This document shows positions 41,301 to 54,356 of a DNA stretch of 64,000 bases, in pieces. Position 1 is the first letter of the stretch. Each line of letters begins with the position of its first letter. The notes beneath the pieces were generated by a model, which was not told the DNA's origin, ran no database searches, and saw only the letters and a list, made by a program, of their open reading frames with translations. The stretch is from Catajapyx aquilonaris (lineage: Eukaryota): contig KZ538019.1 in assembly GCA_000934665.2 (NCBI GenBank), forward strand, positions 124,001-188,000. Direction: 5' to 3'. The translations under genes and the position numbers were made by a program.

Positions 41301-44300
41301 AAACGCTGCGCCTGCACAAAATGGATCCTCTTTTTAATCTAATTCTTACCCAGTGAAGGTTAAACCACAATTTCATAACGATGATCCTTAATGTGATGTA
41401 ACATGTCAGGTCTGGAAGCAGCAGTGTCAGAAGAGGTATTATAGAAGATTTTTTTTTTGAACCGAAGAAAATCCGTGGTATTAGTCGGCACATCATGCCT
41501 TTAAAATGGATATGAATGTCTGCGCCACCTGACTCCAACCCGGCAGATCCGACCTTTATTGCGAATCCCCCAGTCATATGTAGAAATTGGCGGGGAGGGG
41601 TTGTGAAGTGGGGTTGGGGACGAGGGAGGGGAGGGGTACATAGCTACATACAATTGATGTCCTCCGAAAGTGGCTTCAGGGGGCCTCATCCTGCAATTAC
41701 CAATCTCGAATTCGCGGCCTTCTTGTTTGCAAAGCAAGGTTTGGGTCAACACCCGGTTCCATCAGGGAGACCCTTTCTTTTCCACGGAATCGCTTTAATT
41801 GGCTGCATCGGCAATGTGTTTGAACTGGTAATTAAGTGTCGTCAGGTGGCCCAGACTTTTGAGTGATAAAAATTGTGGAAAAGTCAGGTTGAGTGACGCT
41901 GGTAACAATTTTTTGGCACGCCTTTTAGCATTGCAAACATGTTACCTTAGACCAAAACACAGGGTGGTGCATTGACCAAGTTGTAAAATTACGGTAATAT
42001 TATGAATATTTTCATTGCTACAACTATTTGACTATATTTGAAAATAAAAATAAAAAGACCTAGTCTCATCACCGGGTGTATTCGAAAAATTCACAAATTC
42101 GTTTCAAATTAATTTTATTAAGTGTCCCCATCCGCATGCTGATGGGGAAGGACTTTCGTATCGGGATACCGAATGTGGCAGGAGTGACACACTGTACCAA
42201 CCTACTCCATGGCATAACTTTCCTTCTTGGCGGATACACACCTACAGTATCTTCAGCGGATACACGTCTATCCTTTAGCAGATATAAGCCTATAGGAAAG
42301 TAAGTAAAAGTGCGGGGTCTCCCGATATGAAATCGTATAGCAGCCCATGCTGACAGGCATGTAGGCTATAAGGTAAATAAAAATAAATAATATTTTATTA
42401 ATAAGTATGGAATATCATGTGGTCAATATGAGCTTTTAACTGTATCATAGTATTTTTTTAAAAATAACTCACCAGTTTCGCATGTTCTGCTTTATCATTA
42501 TAGATTTTCTGGCGCGATTCAGGGCGCATAAGCTGCTTTTTATCCGCCAGAAAAAGTGAGATAAATGCCTACAGAGCTGGGTCTGAACCTTGAATCCTAT
42601 TGACGTAATAAAAGAGCAGTTGGAATGCCGCCGCCCACAGCCTGAGTCGCGGCCTGCATTGATACGAAAGTGCAATTACAATAACTCGCACATGGTTTAT
42701 TGGGGCATTGCTCAAATTCGCGCAGTTCCTGCACGCTACCAAGCAGAGTTAATGCGAATAATTGCAGAGGTGCGCATGTGCCCGGAAATACTCAAGTAAG
42801 CCCCCCGTCTCTCATCAGCAAGAATCCTAAAGCCCGGATATGCTCGGCTCAAATCTTCCTTTTTTCAAAAAAAAATAGAGGAAGTCTTCAAAAGAGCCTG
42901 TTTGTTTCAACGAATTAGGCGGAAAAGCCATTTAACAAAGGAAGAATGCTGGGCTAGAAACTTCGTTAATTTTGGGTATTAATGACCAGTCATGCGTTAG
43001 AACGGGGGCCTTTTTATTCCACTTCAATAGATTGCCCAAGCACCGAATTGTAATGCAAGTTGGCCCGCTTGCATGCAACTTGTACCTCTTTTTTTGGAGG
43101 GGGAATTACCCTTAAAAAGAGGGGCTGTACTTGTCACCAATCGCAGGTCATATGTGCATTGGACCGGGGTACAACCGGACTGAATTTGTATGTCCCCTTT
43201 GATGCAAACGCATGTGGGCGACTGAAACACGATGACCAAAAATTTTTTACATGCCATCCTATGTCGGCACAAAAAAAAAAAAATTGTGTCGGCCCCGATT
43301 GACGCCCGGAACTGTAACAAATTAGCATGCTTGTGCCTTCCGACCGAAAACTGCACTGTTGAGCTTATCTCTCAGGGCACAACAATGCGGTGACCAGGTT
43401 GAAAAATGGTGTGGCTATATACAGTTTGCGTACAAAAGGTTGGTTATCTCATGGGGGTTTGGTGGGCCATATTAAGTGCTGTCCTTTCTAGAGGGTTATT
43501 AGTAGACATAAAATTTAAAGCCAGAAATTGGTGTATATGGAGCATCTAGTTCAAAATCACGGTCGTTATTAACATTAGGTCCAAATATGTTTTTAAAAAA
43601 TCACTGCGAATACAACACAGAGCATAGAACTTTTGCAAAGGTGCTTTAAAGGTGGGTCGACCTGCATATTTAAAATGTAAAGAGTCTTGTAAGTTTCTGT
43701 TCGGGATTAGATTAAGTTGGGGACCGAGGAAGAAAAGGGCGGTATATGTCGCAGAGATTTACAGGGGTTATGTGGGGTCCGGAAATGGAGATGACAACTT
43801 GCACTTATTTCTTGCAGCAGTTTTCTCCTCGAGGCTATAAGATGGGGAAAGCCTGGGGATTCCATGTGAATTACAGTCTTGATTGAGTTCAATCCTGAAA
43901 ATGCCTCGTAACGTTGGCCCGAAATCTATTTGTAGAACACAGAACTTTTCAGCCTTTGAACTTGTGGTATACGGTTTTTGCTCTGTAACGTGATATTTGT
44001 GGTGTCCTGCTGTTTTTTGCTGCCTGTTGCCGGAGATACTCGGCAAAAATAGGAAGCAAAAAAACATGCTCAATTTTTGCGTATTGTCTACCCAAAAACA
44101 GTGACCGCAGCTTGCTGGAAACGGAACAAAATGCTATGAAAATTACATTGTACCCAGAAATCCCAGCGGTCAACCGTGAATATAGGCGCAATGGTTTTAG
44201 CCGTATAACATTGTTCTGTCAAAATACTGAGTGCGGAAAACTATATGAACAATACCTAGTTTGACTTCAAATTTGTACAAAACTGTTGTTTAACATAATG

Positions 44301-47300
44301 GGCACTCAGAGGGTAGGGGTATTATTTTCTGATTATTTTTTAGCCACAGCAGCTTATATTTCGCCATCATCACAAACAGTTTAATGTTTGAGTTTGAAGT
44401 CTGGACGCGATCCATGGGAAAATCCTCCAAGTCGATATCAATTCATATACTCCTGCTCCACTTCTTATCGATGGCCTCCATATCCCACTAACAAGACAAG
44501 AGAAGACTCTCAAGGGGCCTGTCTTTCAACATTACCCCCACTCTCTCAACAATTCCAGCTTTGATCCCATTTAGCGAGTGGCAGCCTTTAGAGCAGACAG
44601 AAAGAGAAGGGGGGGAAAAAACTAGAGGTAATTCGCCCATTGAAGCTTGATGGATGATTACACCAATCAATTCCCACGCGTGCCTTGCGGAGAATGTTGT
44701 CATGGAGAGAGAGAGAGATGATGCAAAAATCTACATCATCCAATCTGATGTGATTTGAATGTCATTGTGTTGTCCGGGNGATAGATGATGCAAAAATCTA
44801 CATCATCCAATCTGATGTGATTTGAACGTCATTGTGTTGTCCGGGTCAATAGATTCGACTGGAGGATTTCATTGTGTTTCATACACAATGGCTCTTGAAA
44901 AAAAAAAATTTTTTAAACTTTTTTTCTGGTTAGTCAAACTTTGGTGGGAAAATGGAGCTCTTGTTCTGACTTGCCCTAAATCAGGAATCTCGGGCGGAAA
45001 CAAAAGCTTCCTTGAAATATGTACGTAGTTTTTTCCCCCCACTCGGCTCCAGAGGCATCGCAAGGGTTATTTATATAATAAAAAAACGCGACTCGATCTG
45101 AAAGAAGTGAAAAATTATGCATAGGCCGCTCCATTATAGTGCTGAGGGAATGTTGCCAGGCAACGATTCCCCATTGTTGGTTCTCGGTTGAGATGCTTTT
45201 TGGCTGCGGTGCCCATGTGCGGTGGCCTCCTAAGCTTCCACTTGGAAGGACTTATACTCCCAGGAATTCTAATAACAGAAACGGAGGGGGGGGGGGGGTT
45301 CTATTTACATTACAACTGGGGTGGTCAGAAAGGACGGCACATATTGGAGAGTGAATGGGCCTAATTAATGGCATGCGTGGGTGTGTAAACCACCGCACCG
45401 AGGGAATTATTTGGTGGGAGTCGGACTGCAAGGTGACAGTTTAAACCAAGCCATTACCTGTGGCAAAATCGAATGAATAATGGACATGTGGTCGAGGCTG
45501 GCAATTCTGCGGGCATGACCTGGTTGGGCTCTCACTTTTGCACCCACTCTAATTAACTATACATACCAGCAGGACAGTAGCGATCACCACTTCTACTGCT
45601 CTACGTATACACATCGGGGGCCGTGACATTTCTCTTGCAAAATTCAAGCTATTATTAGGCCTGTTCGTTGCCCAAAAATTTGACGTTAAAAATCGATCAG
45701 GTCTATACATCGATCGCCAGCCGATATACAGGGCCGATTCTCAGAACTTTAAATTATTCCAGGGGCTAAAGTGGTCCAAGATTTGTCTGAAATGTAGAGG
45801 TGCAAAATTTCGAGAAACGAACGGCAGGCTACATTTGAGACTTGTTTTGGGACAGTCTATAGCTGAATACATGAAAATATGGGTATAATTTGGTACCAAA
45901 TTAAAAAGCGACTTTTCATATCGGCAGGTAAGTTTGTCAAAAAAATATATTGAAACAGCAGGGTGTACGGCAACTTTAGTAAGCTTTCAACCTGCTGTAA
46001 TTATTTGCTACGCCAGGTGAGCTACTGTTGCTGACAGCCAATAAAAACTTGCAGTATACCTACATGCTAATTGATGACAACCGGCCGCATATCTGTAATC
46101 ACTGCAGTTAACGAGCATCTAAATTAATAACTCCAATTTTTGCACAGTACATGTTTACGTGACTGCAGGGACAGAAAGTTTAAGTTGATTAACTGTTTGA
46201 TGTACAAAAGCAAATGGACAGCGAGGTCGATTTCAATTTGCAGCCTGCAACAACAATGGTTTATCACCTATGTAGTTGAAGCTGCGGAAGTAGTACCGGT
46301 TTTAATTCCCCGGCATTAGCAGGCAAAACGCGTGACTAAATGGAGCAAACAAACAGGTCCGAACCCCCATGGGTACAGGACCTGTACACACCTACGAGGC
46401 ATACACGCGTCATCGATCCTCCAAATGGCAGTAAAATGTGCAGTTGGATTCTCTGTTGTGTAGGCGATAAATTGTGTTAGCGCCTCCCCATGTCCGCTGG
46501 TGCAAATCGACTTTGAGAGGTTGTCCGGGGATAATGGGACTGAGATTTTCCGCCATAACCCCATTACCCGGAACAAGGTTACCAGGTCCTGTTTAATGCA
46601 ATATGGCCTCAGAAACGACCAAAAATGAAGACCGCCGCCAGACCTTTAATAACTCACGCTCCAAAAAATATTGTTTGAATTGCGTTCAGCCCAATCTGAG
46701 TAATTTTTTTACTGAACTCTCTCAGAGAAATATGATCTTTTTTTTGCTGTTTTTTCGATTTTAAATATATTTTTCATATGCATATACACAATTTTTTCTG
46801 AATTTTTCCACACAAAAAATTTCATCGTGTTTTTAAGTTTTTAAAAAAGAGGAATCCGGGATCCAAAACCGGGTGGGCCATCCGACAACACAAATGCCCC
46901 CGGATTTTCTCTCATCCGTGCAGCTGACTGCGGGGTCTTCTAATTGTTCCGAATTACAATCCCAGATGCTGGATTTGGGACCCCCTGGGCGTCAAAGTCT
47001 GCTGTACGAGGATTCGAGTTGGAAAAGGGGAAGGCCTAATGTTGAAGCAAGCTGACGAAGGAGAAGGCAAACGTCGGCACAAGAGCAGCCTCCATTTTCA
47101 TTTGCAGGATCCTTCTCGCTGATTTTTTGACCACTTTTTTATTTCTGGCACATTAGCTTCCAGCTGTAGACGCCAGTACCAGTGGGGATATATTAATTCA
47201 GGAAGATCCTGAATGGAATTTCTAACAATCTTCGTGCAAACTTAGCACAATCTCTGCATATAATTAGACCTGTAAGTAATTGGCATTATACGCCATTACT

Positions 47301-49252
47301 CCCAACATGCGATGCAAACCTCTGGAAACACATGGTGGAATTCACATGTTGCTCCCTAATGTGACCTTTTCATGCTCTTACCAGCCCTCCTTTTATAGCC
47401 TATAAAAACAAGGGGCTCAAAGGGTAGAAAAGTCGCAGAAGTGAAGAATAATATTAGCCTCCATCTTGCCTGCACTATGTCCACACCTCGCACAAAAGAG
47501 ACAACCACATACTTTTGTACCCAATAAAACCTGTACGAATAGTAGGCTACTAACTATTCATAAATCAAACCTTGGCTTGTGAATCCTCTTTAAAGCTCCC
47601 CAAAAAGAGGGTTCCAATCTATCCTGACCTAATGCAGAGTCGTCCCATCGATCGGGCAGCCATCCCATCAATCTCGAAGGCTATAGTCCCAGGAAGGACA
47701 CTATAAAAGGTCCACTTACTAAGAAACCAAGAAAAAAAAGGCCTGAGGCAATAGTAATTATTAGAATCAAAAACAGCGATCTGAGCAGAGGTTGGCCTCT
47801 ATTTTGCTCTCACACCAGACCCTTTTGTTCTGGATTGAATTTTCGCTGACTACTACACCTTAATTGTCGAGTTGGACCCGACGGGGACACTCCAATTTTT
47901 TGGGGAGAAAAGTGGAAGAGATTGCGGTCACAAAAGGAAGGCCCTGAAGGAGAAGTAGTTGGGAAGCTGGAGCCAAGCCTTTCCCGACAATGGTTCAGAT
48001 TGGGGACAAATCATGAGGCTGGGAGATAACCGGTTGAAAGTGGCCACTGGAAATTGCCTTCTCTTTTCACACTAGAAAAGTCTAGTATACAGGCCGTGGC
48101 ACAAGTGGTTCCATGGAACTTCGGACAAGCGAGGGTGCTAAGTACCTACGAAGACGGTTGTCCTCCTGGGAAACTTGTAGGCCAATTTTTGAGGAAAGGG
48201 GATTACCCGCATTGAAGTCCAAAATTGGCAAGGAAATGACAGCAGACTGGCACGGATTGTGCCAAACGTCGGACGCAATTTGGTAATAAAATGTCGACCT
48301 CGTGGTATTAGAGGACAGCTGTTCGCTGTCACTGTTTCCTAACACGATGAAATCCATTCACTGACATATCTCAAAATTCTATTGAGGGTTTTCATTCTTC
48401 TTGAAAACAATTGAAACACTATACTCAACTGAAATTGAAGCTTTTATGCCAACTAGTTTTCGTCTACTTTTGACATAATTTATTGAAATCGGTCCAATTG
48501 CTGGAAGAATTAATTTCATAGGATGATCAGTAGTACAAAAATAAATTTGCTCGCAAAACAGTATTATATATTTTCCTTTGGACAGATATCTCGAGATTTT
48601 GGATAACTTTTCGTCTCTCGTGGTTGCAGCAAGCGCAGTGGGAGAGGTGTAAGACAGAGAGGTGCCTGCGGTATTTCCCGAACACCAGCAAAATCTGTTT
48701 CTGCATATTAAGACGGGATCGATAGCATCTTGAGCAGGCAGCATCCATCAATCGGTTGCGGAGTGGGGTTGTTGGGAGGAATAACAATGGACGGAGGCAA
48801 AAGGAGGACAAAAGTTGGAGGCACCAAGTGTCGAATCGATTCATGCACAGGTCGCACAGGTGTGTGGACATCCGCAACGAAAAGGCCTATTCTTTTTTTT
48901 GGCTCCAATTCTGGACCAGGAGGAGACGAAGAGGCTCAAGAACTTGTTTCCCCAGCAGCAGTTTTATATACCCAGGAGTTTATCTCTTGGTGCTAGCCAC
49001 TGCCCCTTTGATAGCACTCAGGTGTCGTAAAGTTTGTGGCCCAACATTTGTCTTCGTTCCCACTTCCTATCGGCTGATTCGGGCTGAGCTTTCAAGTTTT
49101 TGGCTATTTTTATGCCGTGGAGAAGGCGCTGAACCAGGCTTATCTGCTCGAGAAAACTTGAGACTTTACAGTGCTTTCGAACTCTGGATTATGATCGGAG
49201 ATCAACGCTCTTGCGCTTTAACAGGGAACTTTGCCCACCAAGTAAAATATCG

Positions 49253-49291
<39 letters not shown>

Positions 49292-49301
49292 CCATCACCA
49301 T
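49253..49301. repeat. (CAT)n microsatellite
   Basis: Directly visible; it explains the poly-His in ORF 48756..49358. Confidence 0.98.
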
Positions 49302-50150
49302 ATGACCTTGATTATTGAGTCAGCACGTCGTAGGATCATGTGTATATGCTTATACTAACACTTGAGTTAATATATACGTATAGGTTCAGATTGAGGTATC
49401 CTAGCTACTTTTTTGCTGAAAGCGCTTAAAACAGAATATGACAATTTAATTATTGAACTTAACAATTTGAGCAAAATTGAATACCATAATCTTTTATGCT
49501 CTCAACCCATTAAATTGATCATAACACTCACTTTTTATTTGTATTAAACTCGAGCAACTCATCGAGTCATTCTCTTTTCTATCACTAAATTACATTAACT
49601 TACACTCCAGCAAAACATGTGCAGATGGCGTTATCCATAAATAGTAGGTTACACGTAAATAGAAAAAGTTAGTTTTTCACTTAAATACTCAACAAATAAA
49701 GTTACTCAAAAATATGTGAGTGCTGGTGAATTTTGAAATGTTTGAGATTTGAGATTATCCCTAGCCTAATTTTCGTGAGGGCATCTTCCTTTTGTGCTCT
49801 CTACTATCTTTCTCAAGTTTGAAAATATTAGGCCTAATCCTGAGAATGCGACATTATTGCAAACAATATATTATTGTACTGTATGACCATTGCAATAATC
49901 CAGCGAATATTATCCCCGCTCATGTTACAATATTATTAATCAAAACCGTGATCAAAACAATCCTCAAAGGAGCTTGACGAATTGTGGCCCAGATGTCGCC
50001 CCAATCGCCAACTTTGACGCCATCTGTTAACCACATGTCGAACCTCCCTCTACTAACTGTAAATGATAATTACTAATTACATTTTCATATTTTTTATTTT
50101 CATTAATTACAATTTCAGATGTAATTTTTAAAAACGAGCCTTTGGGAGCG

Positions 50151-50178
50151 GTAGCCAGGTGACAAGAGGGTTGGCAAC
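50151..50178. promoter_or_regulatory. RFX X-box-like motif upstream of the SPICE1-like gene
   Basis: GTAGCC-A-GGTGAC (one mismatch to GTNRCC-N0-3-RGYAAC) plus a half-site TTGGCAAC, 50-77 nt upstream of the ATG. Confidence 0.4.
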
Positions 50179-50227
50179 GGTTAACAACAACAACAACAAA
50201 AAATTCAAACGTACGTACGGGATCAAG

Positions 50228-50380
50228 ATGGCTGACCGTTCTAATCCGGTCAGACCTCGGTGCGGCCCTTCCCCCTGTCCCAGCCGGTGCGTGGCTGCCA
50301 GGGCAAGAGGAGCAGGGGCCAGGGGAAGCATCAGGGTCGCTACCCCACAAAGGATGAGGAAGATCAGGCCGCCATGGAAC
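50228..50380 (+). CDS. SPICE1: SPICE1-like (spindle and centriole-associated protein 1) exon 1, MADRSNPVRPRCGP...RKIRPPWN
   Basis: ATG at 50228 in a CpG-rich region; 51 codons ending AAC|GTAAGG (phase 0). The basic N-terminus ending in W-N matches the recalled SPICE1 N-terminus (..RCGP..KQEWD). Confidence 0.75.
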
Positions 50381-50574
50381 GTAAGGGCAACAATACAATA
50401 TAATAATGGGAATAAAGGGGAGCCTGTTCGATTCTTATTAGCTTCAGGCAGTCATGTCAGAATATTCTGGGCTTCTTTTTTTGAGGGGATGAGGTGAGAT
50501 ATGACCTGTGGGATAGGCCTAGGTCGTGTGGGAAACCTTCTGACTCAACAACTTCCCTTTGCATGGAAAAACAG

Positions 50575-50769
50575 TCTAATGTGTCAAACCTGAATATCTA
50601 CCGTCCCACTGTGAGTGAGTTGGAGCGAAGGAAGCAGGTGATGGCCTCTCGCAATGTGGTGATGGGCAGGCTGGATATACATGACAAGGGGAGGACCAGG
50701 AAGAGCCCCGAGACAATGAGGAAGGTCCATGGACTGGTCTTCAAGGATATGGTCCAGGAGTTTGAGCAG
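50575..50769 (+). CDS. SPICE1: SPICE1-like exon 2, SNVSNLNIYRPTVSELERRKQVMASRN...MVQEFEQ
   Basis: Acceptor acAG at 50574, donor CAG|GTCAGA. Spliced WNSNVSNLNIYRPTVSELERRKQVMASRN aligns by eye with recalled human [29 protein letters not shown]. Confidence 0.82.
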
Positions 50770-51056
50770 GTCAGAGGAGATGTATTATTGTAAGCATTCC
50801 TGTTTAAGAACACCTGACTTCATACATATGTGATGCACAGGTGACGTTGAATAATTATGGAACTAGTAACAAATAGGCACACTCGGATTTTGTATATCAA
50901 GCTGGGCGAGAGTGAAACATCCGTCACCTGTTCATTTGGGCACACCAAATATTATTTAAGGAAGAAAAATTTTATTTTATTTTATTTGAAATAATCCAAC
51001 AAGGAGTAGGTTCATATGCATAATTGTGTTATCAAGGGACTGGACAGATGCAAATA

Positions 51057-51831
51057 CCTGGGATTTAAAAAAAAATGAAGTTCCAATGAGTTGTGAAATA
51101 ACAACAAGAGCTTTGAAAAATATTGTAATACCCACGAAGTGAGTAATCTTTCTCCACTTAGTCACCTTCCCAGTTGAATCACTTTTCAGAACATGGCACC
51201 ATCTTTTGTAAGCCTAGCACAATCATATGCTCCCACTAAATGCGAGGTTCGCTGTGTAATTAGATTTCTCCAAGCTAATATACACAGTGCAGCTGATATT
51301 CATAGGAGATCGTGTAATGTGTGTGGAGGTGACAGTCCATGGGTGACATAGCTGCATGCTGAAAAGGTTTTGGAATTTTCAATAAGGATGAATTCATGTC
51401 CATGATGAGGAAGGCCAGGGGAGAAAATCTGTGGCAAGACTGGCAACCAATGATGATTAACGAATCGAGGAAGTGGTTTGAGAGCACCGCCAGTTCACAA
51501 TTTTTGATCTGTCTGCTGATTTCCCAAATTCGTGGCCAACTCTTTCTGACACTGTGACAGGAAACCTGGGCTATCACAAGCATTATGCACAGTGAGTTCA
51601 AGAACAACGAAGAGCTGAAAAAGTGTGTGATAGGTTGCCTCGGTACCCAGATGGCAACCTTCTATGAAGAAAGCATACAAAAATGGTGCCGTGTTATGAC
51701 AAGTGAGTCAATCGGGATGGTGACTATGTGGAAAAGTAGCATAAGAATGTAGCTTTTGTACATATTTAAAAATTTTCAACTCTCTTGTTCTTCATTCACA
51801 ATTCATCGGAACTAATAACAAATAGCCCTCG
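51057..51831 (+). mobile_element. Degenerate mariner element with long inverted ends derived from its 3' end
   Basis: Right end ...AATAGCCCTCG|TA. Remnants APTKCEVRCVIRFLQ (HTH) and FYEESIQK..RDGDYVEK* (mariner C-terminus). 51079-51214 is a diverged reverse complement of ~51672-51813. Confidence 0.8.
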
Positions 51832-51960
51832 TAGTAGTGCAGCACAAGACAGTTGCTGCTTATTACCCTCAGGGACTTTTCCCTTTTCACCTGCCTGGTA
51901 GTGTATGAGCAGCTTCGCAAAAGTAGTGGTTTTTAATGTATTTTTTGCACTTCCCTTGTA

Positions 51961-52711
51961 CATGGGCTGATTCATAAGTCATTGTGCACATTTTTTATGC
52001 AAAAATGGTAACACATACAGAGATGAACTTTGCTAAGTTTTGAAGCTCTGGTGATTACAATTTTTCTGATGTATGATAGACGACACCCATATTGCATAGG
52101 GGGGAGGGGGGCAGTAAACAACTAGGGGTATGATGACACCTTCACCGCACCATCACTGTAAGACTCCCGGAGCCTGACACGCTTGGAGCTGTTGAACCCT
52201 GCCTGCAGGACACTCGGAAATGGACAACGCAGGGGCTTGCCTTTGAGTGTGGGCCACGTGAGAGCACTGTGACTGGAGCCATGTGTCATCCATTGTCACA
52301 AACCGTTTAAGAAAACCATCGCCCTCATTGCCATGGAGTTCCAAATGTTTTTTGGTGAGGGCAAAGTGGTGCCACATTTGCACTAATGAGGATGCCAGCT
52401 TCCTGAGACCTGTCAGTCTTTCAGAGTCCTTACCATAATGTTCTGACTTGTTCCACACATGAAAGCAAGCTCCTGTGTTGTCCATTTCTGAGTGTCGTGC
52501 TTGCAACGCTCATCGACTCCACGTGCGTCAGGCTCAGGTCGTCTTAGGGTGCTGGTGCTCTGGGGGTCATGATCCCCTTGTCCTCCTCTTCCCCCCGACT
52601 CCCCCCACCCCCACCCTGGAGCTTCAAAACTTAGCAAAGTTCATCTCTGCATGTTACCACTTTTGAATAAAAAATATGTGCAATGACTTATGATATGAAT
52701 CAACCCACGTG
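51961..52711 (-). mobile_element. Non-autonomous mariner element
   Basis: ~90-bp TIRs (..ATAAGTCATTG..AGAGATGAACTTTGCTAAGTTTTGAAGCTC and complement) with TA flanks. Internal remnant EGDGFLKRFVTMDDTW resembles the mariner FLxRIVTGDETW motif. Confidence 0.85.
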
Positions 52712-52758
52712 TATGGAATAATAGCATGATAGATACTTACACTGGTTATTGAAATCAG

Positions 52759-52951
52759 GACGTAGATTCCATCATGAAACGCTCAACTCAAGCTCTGGAA
52801 GGATCTCAGGCAGTCTTGACCAAACCAGCTCATTTCACTAGCAAGTCATTGGGCATGCTGCTTCCTCATAGAGCAATGGGCCGCACACAGTGGAACGAAT
52901 ATATGGCTGCTTCTGGAGATGCCAAAGGACCTGGGATAAATAAGTATAAAA
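52759..52951 (+). CDS. SPICE1: SPICE1-like exon 3, DVDSIMKRSTQALEGSQAVL...GINKYK
   Basis: Acceptor atcAG at 52758, open frame, phase-1 donor A|GTGAGT at 52952. Phases fit both neighbouring exons. Confidence 0.75.
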
Positions 52952-53022
52952 GTGAGTGGCCATGGAAATTTTATTCTTTTATTTCAAACCTAACACATCT
53001 TAGCATTCATTTATGTTCGCAG

Positions 53023-53198
53023 AAGGGAGTACCAAGTCAGTGCCAACCTATGCAAATAGCCCAAGGAAAATGCGTCCTCTCAATGACTCTCCAAAGATCA
53101 TGAAGAGTCAGATCAGGTTTACAGATCAGGAGAGAAGTGGCTGCAGCAGTGATTCAGGCCATGAGTTGGATGGGTTCCACATGAACGGCTTGAGAAAG
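53023..53198 (+). CDS. SPICE1: SPICE1-like exon 4, (K)GSTKSVPTYANSPRK...MNGLRK
   Basis: Follows a 71-nt intron; acceptor cgcAG at 53022, phase-1 start, phase-0 donor AAG|GTAACG at 53199. Confidence 0.75.
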
Positions 53199-53435
53199 GT
53201 AACGAATTGAAGGGCATTTCTTGCCATGCAGTTAGGGAAGTCTGGCAGTGTAATTTACGTTCATCTTCTGCTTTTATATCAAGTGATTGCTAATGCAATG
53301 TGAAAAAGAGTACGACTTCTCAATAATGAAGCTAGTCCTACTTGATAATCTTTTTGCTTTAGTGTAATTGAATTATTATTGGTGGAAGATATCCTTCAGA
53401 AGGAAAGCATGCCATGTGAACATAAGAGATATTAG

Positions 53436-53641
53436 AAAAACTTTGCTCTCCACAATATTGTTATCTGCACTCCAAACTGAGCCTTGGAGTGCAAAGTTTG
53501 CATTCCAATTGGTCCTGATTTTTAACATGGCTAAACCCAGCAATTAATAATTATGCACTCCAAGTAAGCAATTTTCACTCCAGATGAAAGACTGGAGTGC
53601 AAACATTGCACCTGGACAAAAAATTTAAGATTCGACCCCTG
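53436..53641. mobile_element. Probable hAT-like MITE remnant
   Basis: Repeated TGCACTCCA/TGGAGTGCA motifs in both orientations, ending GATTCGACCCCTG. Left terminus not found. Confidence 0.4.
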
Positions 53642-53648
53642 CATAGTA

Positions 53649-54356
53649 ATAGGTGTGTTCAAATTAGACATAAAATGAGGCAATAACTCAGGAGCTATTT
53701 GTCTCAGCTGAGTGCTAGTGGTATCTCTGAGTAGGCACTTGCATGGCTAATTTCCATGCAGAGTAGTAAGTAGTCAGTATACAATCATGTAGTGGGCAGG
53801 AGAGCAATTTGTGCAAGTCTCCCAGGGCTATGGATTTGTCCAAACATGCACAACTCGCCATCATCCTTTTTTCCTCACCAAGGAACTTCACCAGTGGACA
53901 TTGTCCATTGGATGCAGAAGGTCCATGGGAATGTCTGTTTCAATCACAACTCTTTTCAAAAGGCGTAGGGAAATTTTGTCCAGACATGTGTGCATGGAGG
54001 ACCTTTCGAGAGAACATTTCCTACGTGGTTTTCTGCACCAATCTGTCCACCAAGGTGTTGTGGTTGAAGCAGGCTTTTCCACATGCCCTTGGCATCCAAT
54101 GGACAATGTCCACTGGTGAAGTTCCTTCCTTTGATGAGGAAAAAGGATGATGGCTAGTTGTGCATGTTTGGACAAATCCATAGCCCTGGGAGACTTGCAC
54201 AAATTGCTCTCCTGCCCACTACATGTATACTGACTACTTACTACTCTGCATGGAAATTAGCCATGCACGTGCCTACTCAGAGATACCACTAGCACTCAGC
54301 TGAGACAAATAGCTCCTAAGATATTGCCTCACTTTGTTTAATTTGAACACACCATA
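53649..54356. mobile_element. Mariner-derived foldback MITE (5' end duplicated in inverted orientation)
   Basis: ~265-bp near-identical inverted arms (GGTGTGTTCAAATT...) and TA flanks. Both arms carry a frameshifted mariner-like HTH start, MDLSKHAQLAIILF/FLTKE. Confidence 0.88.

Noticed and set aside
44716..44845. 63-bp direct duplication
   Set aside because: The copies straddle an N at 44779, so this is most likely an unmerged contig overlap.
48756..49358. 200-aa ORF with poly-His
   Set aside because: The His run is a CAT microsatellite; no recognisable domain or splice support.
53809..54202. Near-identical ORFs on opposite strands
   Set aside because: A by-product of the foldback MITE arms.
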